From the NCBI GenBank assembly GCA_014728115.1, contig WJME01000336.1, positions 13,563-77,562 of the forward strand: a stretch of DNA of 64,000 bases. Reading direction: 5' to 3'. Of the stretch, positions 41,623 through 50,033 are shown one piece after another (position 1 is the first letter of the stretch; the number at the start of each line of letters is the position of its first letter). The DNA comes from Candidatus Zhuqueibacterota bacterium. GTDB lineage: Bacteria; Zhuqueibacterota; Zhuqueibacteria; Residuimicrobiales; Oceaniaggregativiventaceae. A program made the translations under genes and the position numbers. Under the pieces are notes generated by a model. That model searched no databases. It was not told where the DNA came from and was given only the letters and a program-made list of their open reading frames with translations.

Positions 41623-44600
41623 ATGAAAGGCCTGTTGACCTGGCTATTCGGCTCGATTCTCCTCTCTGGCGTTTTGGCACAATCCCCTGAAAACGAATTA
41701 CTTTTTTCAACGCAACATCTCGATTATGGTTCGATTCCTGTACGCGCAAAAACTTTACAATTCGTGGCCATCAAGAATCCCCATGAACACAATATCCGGA
41801 TCACTGGCATCTCTACCGATCATTCCGCTTATCAGGTGAGCATTGACAGCAGTCAGATCCTGCCCCCTGTTCCGCCGCCCCTGGGGTCGCCCGTGACCCA
41901 GGCAGACTGGCTCGAACAGCCGCTGACCTTAAAGCCGGACCAGAGCATACTCCTGACCATCACTTTTATTCCTCAGACCATCGGATCTGCCCCCGGGGAG
42001 CTGATCATTTCTACTGAAAATGACAATTATGCAATCCAAATAACCGGATACGGTTATGAAATGTGGACGACAAGATGGCAAATCTCTGCCCATGAAACAG
42101 AATGGTTCGATCAGCAGAACAGCATCCGGGGAATGGCTTTCGCAGCTCAAAAGGGACACCTCTACATTGCCGGACGAAATGCCATCCATTGTCTGGATGC
42201 CGAAACCGGCAAGCGCGTCAAAGAGATTGCACTGCCCAAAGAGATCAAGGAATCGATTCCCGGTCGTATTGTGGTTACCCGGAAAGGAAAACTCATCATC
42301 GGAAATATCGCTCCGCAGAACGACTCGTTTGTTTTGTATACGTACGCACATGAGGATTCGCAGGCGGTCAAGATCTTTGAGGGCAAATTAAAAGGGAGAA
42401 ACGGCGACGCCCTCGCTGTTCACAACAACGGAAATGATCTCGAAATTTATGTTTCGGGACTGGACAACGAACTGGTGCATGTGCTTCGGCAGACAAAAGA
42501 GGATACTTTTTTTCTCTTGCACTCTGTTGCGTTACCCACAGCAGGTGCGGCCGGTTATTCCATATCTCCTGCGATGGATGCTGAGCACTGCTTTATCACC
42601 GGACCGGATCAACCCCTTCGATACATCCGCAACGATGGTACCGTGCTTAAAGAGATCGACGATCACACGGGCACAACCTGTTCCTTTTTCAGTATTGAAA
42701 AAAAGAATGGTCACACACGTCAGTTTGTGGCCCTGGCCACAGGAACCCGACCGGGAACCCAGATCATCGAATGCCTGGGCACCCCGGGTGACTCGTTGTG
42801 CAGCCTGGTGCATGCAGTGGGAGCCCCAACGTTTGCATTTGCACAAGGTGATAATCCCCTGGGCATCGCTCAAGTGCTCTATGACTCACAATACCATCAG
42901 CTCCTGGAAATGGTCAGCAACGTGGGTGTGGCCGCATTCGACATGAAGAGCATCGAGCCGGATGCGATCATTCCCAGCGGAAGCATTGCAGGCGCAGTGT
43001 GGTCAAATCATTCACAGGAGCCCCTCACAGCCAGGCTCTATCTTGAGGATTCCCCGTTTGAGGCCTTTACCGACGAAGCCGGAAAATTCCGAATTCAGCA
43101 GGTGCCGATCGGGAACCATATCATCGTCTGCAATGCCCGGGACCATTTTCTCGTCCGGGACACTCTGCAGGTCATGGCCGACACCACGATCATTAAAAAT
43201 TTTCATCTCGATATCAAGACCTATCCGCCGGTGCGATTGACCGTACAGACCCGAGCAACCGAGGCGCACCTGAGCTGGAATCTGCAGCGACCCGATACCC
43301 TGATCGCCTATCACGACGATGAACCGGCCAGCGGTTGGTTTCAGAAACAAAACCGTGCCTATGGAGTGATCTTTGACTTGCAACAGGTCCCTGGGGCGAC
43401 CATCGAACAGCTCGATTTCTGTCACTATAGCTGGCAGACACAGCAGGGTCCATACGACTATCGGGTACATCTCTTTGACTGGCAGGACTCTACACTGATC
43501 ACTTCTTTCCAGCAGGTTGCGCAGGATGCCTATGCTGAGCCCAAATGGGAATATGCCATCGACCTGGGATCGCGGGAATGGGTTCCTCTGCTCGGGGTTT
43601 TTATAGAGCCGCTGAGCGGCACTCCGGATGATGCTCATCCTGCGCTTTCAACAGATAATTCTGTTCCGGCTGTTCGCGGCACCAGCATGCTTGTCATGGA
43701 TATCGAAAATCCCTTTGACAGTGTCATCGATGCTGTGGATCAAAATCCGGGAATGGGTGATTTTCTCATGGACCTGTGGATCGATGTGCCTGATCAGCAT
43801 CAAAAGGCAATTAAACAACCTGCCCCGGCAATGGCTTTTGTTGCGTCTGCGGCCAGGGGCGAAACCTCGGAACGAGGGTTGCTCAGCAGGGATATGCAGA
43901 TCGTCAAGATGCCACACATGCAAACCGAACGGCTGACCGGATTTCAGTTATTCAGAGGCATCAACCAAGAGCGCCTTGAACGCTTAGCCGAGGTACCGGC
44001 GGATGAACAGAGGTTTATCGACCACAGTCCTGTGGCCGACACGACCCTGGTCTATGGCATCAGTGCGATCTATGATATCGGCCAGAGCGACACTGTGGTT
44101 ACCCCTTACCATCATCCTCCCCTGCTGCCGATCGGCGAGGCCAGAAAAGACAGTGACCTGGATTTTGTACCGGATTTTCTGGGCAACATCGTCACCGTGC
44201 ACGGTACCATAACGAGTCCGAATTTTAGTCCAAGCCGCTCAAACTTTTTTCTCCAAGACAGCACAGCGGGCATCAACTTGTTTTCCGAGCATCACGACCT
44301 CACCGCCTCCTATGAGCTGGCTGCGGGAGATCAAGTCTATATCACCGGACAAATCGCACAGGTCCGTGGACTGACACAGATGTTATTGTCCGATGCGGCC
44401 CACTTTACCCTGGTAAGCCGGGGAAACCCGTTGCCGGATACCGTACAAACTAGCCTGTCGGTTCTGGGTGAATCGCTGGAATCGCAGTTGCTTTATATTC
44501 CGGAGCTCCGGCTCGTAAAGCCGGAGGCCTGGCCCCCGGAAGGACAGAACGGTTCTCTTTGGGTGACCGACGGACAGGACACCACGATCCTCTTTATCGA

Positions 44601-45036
44601 CCGCGATACGGATCTGGACGGCTGGTCATCGCCTCCGGACGTGTTCGGGTTGGTGGCGTTGTTGGCACAATATACACAGTCAGCACCGGCAGATGACGGA
44701 TACGAGTTACGTCCCCGTTCCCGGGCGGATTTCATTCCGGTTACGGCAGTGCAAGGGGATCATGCAGAGCCGCTGGCTTTTCTTTTGATGCAAAATTATC
44801 CCAATCCGTTCAATCCACACACCGTAATCCGGTTTATGCTCCCCCAAAAAAGCCCGGTCGAACTGGCAGTCTTTGATCTCTTGGGCCGGCAGGTGCATAG
44901 GTGGTCGTCCCCTGGCTTGTCTGCGGGTGCTCACGAGCTGATCTTTGATGCGACCGGGCTGAGCAGCGGCAGTTATTTTTATCGCTTGACAGCGGGTAAT
45001 TTTATACAGGTGCGCCGGATGGTGATCGTAAAATAG
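41623..45036 (+). CDS. Large secreted multidomain protein (Ig-like, beta-propeller-like, carboxypeptidase-regulatory-like, OB-like, PNPFN C-terminal domain)
   Basis: Signal peptide after aggaga RBS; TDEAGKFRI; QNYPNPFNP...LSSGSYFYRL. Confidence 0.75.
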   Translation: MKGLLTWLFGSILLSGVLAQSPENELLFSTQHLDYGSIPVRAKTLQFVAIKNPHEHNIRITGISTDHSAYQVSIDSSQILPPVPPPLGSPVTQADWLEQPLTLKPDQSILLTITFIPQTIGSAPGELIISTENDNYAIQITGYGYEMWTTRWQISAHETEWFDQQNSIRGMAFAAQKGHLYIAGRNAIHCLDAETGKRVKEIALPKEIKESIPGRIVVTRKGKLIIGNIAPQNDSFVLYTYAHEDSQAVKIFEGKLKGRNGDALAVHNNGNDLEIYVSGLDNELVHVLRQTKEDTFFLLHSVALPTAGAAGYSISPAMDAEHCFITGPDQPLRYIRNDGTVLKEIDDHTGTTCSFFSIEKKNGHTRQFVALATGTRPGTQIIECLGTPGDSLCSLVHAVGAPTFAFAQGDNPLGIAQVLYDSQYHQLLEMVSNVGVAAFDMKSIEPDAIIPSGSIAGAVWSNHSQEPLTARLYLEDSPFEAFTDEAGKFRIQQVPIGNHIIVCNARDHFLVRDTLQVMADTTIIKNFHLDIKTYPPVRLTVQTRATEAHLSWNLQRPDTLIAYHDDEPASGWFQKQNRAYGVIFDLQQVPGATIEQLDFCHYSWQTQQGPYDYRVHLFDWQDSTLITSFQQVAQDAYAEPKWEYAIDLGSREWVPLLGVFIEPLSGTPDDAHPALSTDNSVPAVRGTSMLVMDIENPFDSVIDAVDQNPGMGDFLMDLWIDVPDQHQKAIKQPAPAMAFVASAARGETSERGLLSRDMQIVKMPHMQTERLTGFQLFRGINQERLERLAEVPADEQRFIDHSPVADTTLVYGISAIYDIGQSDTVVTPYHHPPLLPIGEARKDSDLDFVPDFLGNIVTVHGTITSPNFSPSRSNFFLQDSTAGINLFSEHHDLTASYELAAGDQVYITGQIAQVRGLTQMLLSDAAHFTLVSRGNPLPDTVQTSLSVLGESLESQLLYIPELRLVKPEAWPPEGQNGSLWVTDGQDTTILFIDRDTDLDGWSSPPDVFGLVALLAQYTQSAPADDGYELRPRSRADFIPVTAVQGDHAEPLAFLLMQNYPNPFNPHTVIRFMLPQKSPVELAVFDLLGRQVHRWSSPGLSAGAHELIFDATGLSSGSYFYRLTAGNFIQVRRMVIVK

Positions 45037-45108
45037 GCCCGGATACATTCTTATTTTGAAATGAGCAATGAACTTGTAAAAACACGCAACCAGAGAATAT
45101 GAAAATGA

Positions 45109-45196
45109 CGATCCTGGGGTCGGACCTCAGCCATCGCTAAAAAACAACAATTTAGATGATGCAATAGGCCGTTTGAACCGGTTTAATAGGCTGTTT
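45109..45196 (+). repeat. 88-bp direct repeat, copy A (left-end fragment of the MITE-like element)
   Basis: 78/88 identical by manual alignment to 49758-49845; starts cgatcctggggtcggacctcagc. Confidence 0.9.
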
Positions 45197-45469
45197 ACCC
45201 GCTCTTCTTTCGTTTCAAGGCAGCGTAATTCAAATCATTCACGACGCGATGGATCCCGGTTTACCTCTTACAAATGTTTTCCTTGCATTAAAGACATAAA
45301 TTCTTTAATAATCTTATCACGCCCCAAACGCAATAATAATCATATGGACGAGCTCAATGATTGCGATCACTAAAAACTCGCATTCATTTGTGTTCATTCG
45401 GGTTTATTCGTGGTAAAAATTGAACCGTAAATAAACTAAACCATCCCTTGACCAAACCCACTGAGAAAA

Positions 45470-46051
45470 ATGAAAGCTCGCATACAAAAACAAATCGAAT
45501 TCATCCTGGAAATCGACAAGCTCAAACACATTTTGCGTCAATCCTATCTGTTACAAAATCTCCGGCGGGAAAACTCTGCCGAGCACAGCTGGCAGTTGGC
45601 ACTTATGGCCATGGTGCTCGCCGAATATAGCGATGAATCCATCGACCTGCTGCATGTGATCCGCATGGCGCTGGTGCATGATATCGTAGAGATCGATGCC
45701 GGGGATACCTACTGTTACGGCGATCAATCGGATAAATCCCAAAAGGAACAAGCAGCAGCCGAACGGTTATATGGTCTTTTGCCGGACGACCAGGCAAAAG
45801 AACTGCATGCGCTCTGGATGGAATTCGAGACCCGTGAAACCCCGGAAGCCCGCTTTGCCGCTGCCCTGGACCGGCTCATGCCGCTGTTGCTCAATTACCA
45901 CACCCAGGGCCAATCCTGGCTCGAACACGGCGTGCGCAAGGACCAGGTGCTGGAACGGAACTGCCACATCGCCGAAGGATCTAAAGAGTTATGGGACTAT
46001 GCGGAAACGCTGATTCAAGATGCCGTAAAGAAGGGATTTTTGCTTGAATAG
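45470..46051 (+). CDS. HD-domain hydrolase (YfbR/HDDC2-like 5'-deoxynucleotidase family)
   Basis: ENSAEHSW, LVHDIVEIDAGD, EARFAAALDR. Confidence 0.9.
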   Translation: MKARIQKQIEFILEIDKLKHILRQSYLLQNLRRENSAEHSWQLALMAMVLAEYSDESIDLLHVIRMALVHDIVEIDAGDTYCYGDQSDKSQKEQAAAERLYGLLPDDQAKELHALWMEFETRETPEARFAAALDRLMPLLLNYHTQGQSWLEHGVRKDQVLERNCHIAEGSKELWDYAETLIQDAVKKGFLLE

Positions 46052-46070
46052 GCAAAAGAGCAAAACTCGA

Positions 46071-47130
46071 TAATCATGATCATTTAGGACCGCTACGGCT
46101 CTGCCACCTCGGCAGTCCTCTACAATACCTGCTGGTTATTTTAAGTTACTTTTATTTCTTATTTCAGCCACATTGTTCAGCGCCGCGGTGCCAGGATCCT
46201 GCGCGGACTCGGCAACATTTTCCTTTTCAGAGCCTTGGTTCTTTGATGTTCTGTAATCGTGATCATTGGGGACCGCTTCGGCTCTGGCCCCGCGGCCGTC
46301 CTATACATTTCCTGCTGGTTATTTTAGTTTACTTTTATTTCTTATTTCGGCCACATTGTTCAGCGCCGCGGTGCCAGGATCCTGCGCGGGCTCGGACGCG
46401 CTTCCCCCTGGACCATGCAGAGATCCTTTTAAGCTCAGTAAAAATTTGTGCGCCTGGGTTATGATCTTGACATTCCCTAATGCATGGCCCAGGGGGCGAT
46501 CGCGCCTCGCTATCATTTAGGAAAAAGCTCTATAAATAATGGTTCGGATGAATTGGATTTTCCCTATTGTTACCATTTTATCTCTCCCCTTTTTGTTTTT
46601 TATCACTTGATCTCTGACATTGGATATCTGATCGCCTCTAGCGAGCTTTGTCTTTGAGTAATTCTGCTCTATCCAGAAATCTGAAACCATATATTTAATA
46701 TAGTGTATCGGTTGTAGAGCTTTTTCCCCACATTCAGCGAGGGGCGATCGCCCCCGGAGCCATGCATAGACAAGCTCAAAAGGCAAGAGGGAGATATAAA
46801 GTCCGCTGAAACAAAAGGGTATCCTGCATGGCGCAGGGGGAAGCGCCACGAGCCCGCGTAGGATCCTGGACCCGCGGCTCCTGAAGAGTATGACAAGAAA
46901 AAGAAATAAAACCAAACCAAAATGGTCATCAGGAAACAATAAAGAATAGCCGCGGAGACAGAGCCGGAGCGGTCCCCAAATATCAAAGTCTGGACCTAAA
47001 AAAACACTCGACTAAAGAATAGGACTATCGACGAATCTGCAAAGGATCCTGGCACCGCCACAACTATAACTGAAAAGCAGGGGCTAAAACAGACAATTAC
47101 AGGCAACACAACCCAAATAGCACCACCGGG
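46071..47130. repeat. Non-coding symmetric array: two direct copies (183-bp period) followed by two inverted copies of a structured unit
   Basis: 46071-46212 matches 46254-46395; 46266-46532 is an imperfect reverse complement of 46715-46979; 46185-46200 is the exact reverse complement of 47043-47058. The right boundary is approximate. Confidence 0.85.
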
Positions 47131-47243
47131 ATTGCTGCATACAGTAAAGTTGTTTAGTAGAGTAAACAGCGAAATGAACAAACCCTCTACCTGGCATTCA
47201 ATAAGAAGTATGATAAAAATTGTCAACGTTGGGAGACAGTATC

Positions 47244-47801
47244 ATGAAATTTTTAGCCAGCGTTTTGGTGACAATTCTGGGTTTTGCCGTGGCAGCGTTA
47301 ATTGTCATGTATAGCGGCGCTGTCAGTGTCAGCGTGCTGGATAAACCTTCCGCATTTCAATCCTGGATTCTTTCCACAACCATGGAAAATTCGGTCAACT
47401 CTCGTGCCGGGGATATCACAGTACCAGACCTGGAAAAAGAAGTGATGATAGAAACCGGCGCTACACATTATGTGACCATGTGCCAAACATGTCACGGGGC
47501 ACCTGGCGTAAATTTATCTGCAATGGCAAGGGGCCTGGAACCCATCCCCCCTTTGCTATATCACAAAGAGGAAGCCGAAGAATGGAGCGCTGCAGAAAAA
47601 TTCTGGATTACCAAAAACGGAATCATGATGACTGGTATGCCATCATGGGGCGTTACCCATTCGGATGAGGAGATATGGGCGATTGTGGCTTTCTTACAAA
47701 AGTTGCCCGGGTTGTCAGAAGCAAAGTACAAAACAATGACGCAGAGCACAAAAACTGAATCTGGCCATTCGCATGCTGACGGCGATGGACATAGTCATTG
47801 A
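47244..47801 (+). CDS. Membrane-anchored monoheme cytochrome c with His-rich tail
   Basis: CQTCH, GIMMTGMPSWG, C-terminal GHSHADGDGHSH. Confidence 0.88.
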   Translation: MKFLASVLVTILGFAVAALIVMYSGAVSVSVLDKPSAFQSWILSTTMENSVNSRAGDITVPDLEKEVMIETGATHYVTMCQTCHGAPGVNLSAMARGLEPIPPLLYHKEEAEEWSAAEKFWITKNGIMMTGMPSWGVTHSDEEIWAIVAFLQKLPGLSEAKYKTMTQSTKTESGHSHADGDGHSH

Positions 47802-47842
47802 TGATTTGTATATCAACCGGCAAAGAAATAACCAAAGGAGGT

Positions 47843-48166
47843 ATGAATATCATGCGAACCTTGATAATTTTCACAGCACTTTTAATTTTACCTTTCGTCT
47901 CCGCCTGTAACAATGATACCGATCACATGGATGACCACATGGGAGACATGCATAACAATTCTTCCCAATACATGATGGACATGAATTCCATGATGAATAA
48001 TCAGAATTTGATAAACAATCCAGACACCAGGAATCAACTGGAGCAAATGCAAAACCATATGAGCGTACTGATGCAAAATTATGAGAATATGCTGCAAAGC
48101 ATGAATGAGGTGCAGGAAAACGCCCGGGAAGATAGTCATAATATGCACCACCGTGAAACGTTTTGA
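47843..48166 (+). CDS. Small Met/His/Asn-rich lipoprotein, possible metal-binding
   Basis: ggaggt RBS, lipobox [15 protein letters not shown]. Confidence 0.65.
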   Translation: MNIMRTLIIFTALLILPFVSACNNDTDHMDDHMGDMHNNSSQYMMDMNSMMNNQNLINNPDTRNQLEQMQNHMSVLMQNYENMLQSMNEVQENAREDSHNMHHRETF

Positions 48167-48263
48167 TAATATCATCAAAGGTTTCATTACCGATATTGGG
48201 TTGCCGCAGAGGCTTGGACCGCAGTTAGATCAAAATACATGCAAGAGGAATAGAGGGGTAACA

Positions 48264-48821
48264 ATGGATCAACAAAAGAAAAAGACAGGAATGAGTTGGG
48301 GGCGTTTTACGGCGATGATCGCGACTTCGATCCTCATGATGATTTTCTTAATGTATCAGCTCGTCTATTCTTTTGACCACGCACTGTTTAGTGTAAACCG
48401 TCTGATCGCCTCATTGGTCATGGGGTGCGTGATGACGGTCGTGATGCTGTCCTTCATGTGGACGATGTACAAAGGAACAGGAACCAAAATCACAGTTCTC
48501 GTCCTGGCCTCGCTGCTGGCCGTGGCCTTGCTGTTCGTAAATAGAAGCCAGGCCGTGATCGGGGATGTCAATTTTATGAAATCGATGATTCCCCATCACT
48601 CTATTGCCATCAACAACGCCCGCAAGGCGAGCATTAGTGATCCGCGCGTTCGCAAACTGGCAGATGGAATAATCAGGGCTCAGGTCTTGGAAATAAAGGC
48701 AATGAAGCGACTCATTGATGACATTGAAGAAAATGGAGAACGGGGTATAAAAGCGCTACCTCCGCGTTCCACCGAGATGACAGAAGAAATGAAACACGAG
48801 ATCGAAAAATTGGTAGAGTGA
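48264..48821 (+). CDS. DUF305 (CopM-like) membrane protein
   Basis: Three TM segments, then [13 protein letters not shown]...AQVLEIKAM. Confidence 0.85.
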   Translation: MDQQKKKTGMSWGRFTAMIATSILMMIFLMYQLVYSFDHALFSVNRLIASLVMGCVMTVVMLSFMWTMYKGTGTKITVLVLASLLAVALLFVNRSQAVIGDVNFMKSMIPHHSIAINNARKASISDPRVRKLADGIIRAQVLEIKAMKRLIDDIEENGERGIKALPPRSTEMTEEMKHEIEKLVE

Positions 48822-48944
48822 ATGGGCGCATAGATGCAAAGTTATGAAAACAAGACCGAGTTGCTGGAATATGCGCGAAAAGAGTATTGAAGGGATGGGC
48901 TATTATGCAGCTGTTTGGCAATATCACTGAAATGGAGGGTTACC

Positions 48945-49340
48945 ATGAAATATGTGTTTGGATTCAGCATAATTTTTCTTTTGACTGGTTTCCCGTTTGC
49001 GGGATGCGAAAAGAACGAAAATCCAAATATTCATGTGATTTCGGCAGACAGCCTCAACATAATGCTGCAAGATAAAGATTTTACGCTGGTCAATGTTCAT
49101 ATTCCCTATGACGGTGAAATTCCGCAAACCGATCTGTTCATACCCTACAATGAAATAAAAGACCATTTGGAGGAATTGCCGCCAAAAGATAGTACGATTG
49201 TACTGTACTGCCGCAGCGATCGCATGAGTGGCATTGCGGCCAACACTCTGGAAAATCTCGGATATTCAAAACTCTATAATGTCAAGGGCGGCATGCGGGC
49301 CTGGAAGTCGGCCGGCTTTGACCTGATTCGCAAACATTAG
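48945..49340 (+). CDS. Rhodanese-like lipoprotein
   Basis: Lipobox FAGC, IVLYCRSDRMS, VKGGMRAW. Confidence 0.85.
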   Translation: MKYVFGFSIIFLLTGFPFAGCEKNENPNIHVISADSLNIMLQDKDFTLVNVHIPYDGEIPQTDLFIPYNEIKDHLEELPPKDSTIVLYCRSDRMSGIAANTLENLGYSKLYNVKGGMRAWKSAGFDLIRKH

Positions 49341-49363
49341 CATAAAATGAAAAGGAGACAAAT

Positions 49364-49582
49364 ATGTGGCATGACATGGGTTGGGGCGGTATGTGGTTCG
49401 GATGGGTATTCTGGATCATTGTTATTGGACTCGTTGTCTATGCGATCGTCCGTGCTACAACCGGACGACAACAAACATCACAATCATCAAATGAAACCCC
49501 TCTCGATATTTTGAAAAAAAGATATGCCAAAGGGGAAATCAACAAAGAGCAATTTGAAGAGATGAAAAAGAATTTGGAATAG
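49364..49582 (+). CDS. SHOCT-domain membrane protein
   Basis: One TM segment, then PLDILKKRYAKGEINKEQFEEMK. Confidence 0.88.
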   Translation: MWHDMGWGGMWFGWVFWIIVIGLVVYAIVRATTGRQQTSQSSNETPLDILKKRYAKGEINKEQFEEMKKNLE

Positions 49583-49613
49583 TTCCACTCATCCATTTAA
49601 AAAAGAGTTAGAC

Positions 49614-49751
49614 ATGCCGAAATTAAACCGGCGGGAATTCATTAAAATATCAAGCACCAGTGCTGCGACAGCAATTCTTACCGCAGGAATGAGACTGGCT
49701 TGCCGTGATGGCAATGGGTCTGCCACTGCACCAAGGAACTCTGGTCGGTGA
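49614..49751 (+). pseudogene. Truncated Tat-exported protein (signal peptide only)
   Basis: MPKLNRREFIKISSTSAATAILTAGMRLACRDG... stops after 45 aa, immediately before the MITE-like element; not in the ORF track. Confidence 0.6.
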
Positions 49752-49763
49752 ACCGATCGATCC

Positions 49764-50016
49764 TGGGGTCGGACCTCAGCGGTTTTTAAAAAACAACAAT
49801 TTAGATGATACAACAGGCCATTTGAACCGGTTCAATAGCCTGTTTTCACCCCCCGAAAATCGACTGTTTGAAAACTAAAAGAGGGTTGATTTTGACCCCC
49901 AAAATCAACCCTCTTTATTTATTTAGGCTCATATTTTCAATAGGTTAGCCACCCTCGTTTTCCAAGAAATCCACATATTCTCAATAAAATCAGCCACCGG
50001 CTGAGGTCCGACCCCA
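49764..50016. mobile_element. 253-bp MITE/REP-like non-coding element with 17-bp terminal inverted repeats
   Basis: tggggtcggacctcagc (49764-49780) and gctgaggtccgacccca (50000-50016); internal perfect hairpin at 49878-49916; second partial copy at 45109. Confidence 0.65.
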
Positions 50017-50033
50017 ACGGTGGGGCTTAAAAA

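Noticed and set aside
46071-47050. About a dozen GATC sites suggesting a methylation-controlled origin
   Set aside because: GATC is common throughout the window, many sites are copies within the repeat, and no DnaA-box cluster or rep gene is visible.
46071-47130. CRISPR array or integron attC array interpretation
   Set aside because: Units are 140-280 bp and partly inverted, the linkers are homologous rather than unique spacers, I saw no RYYYAAC/GTTRRRY ends, and no cas or intI gene is in the window.
46243-47226. ORFs of 65-140 aa on both strands across the palindromic array
   Set aside because: No recognisable domains or RBS; the composition reflects the repeat sequence and the copies do not appear to keep a common reading frame.
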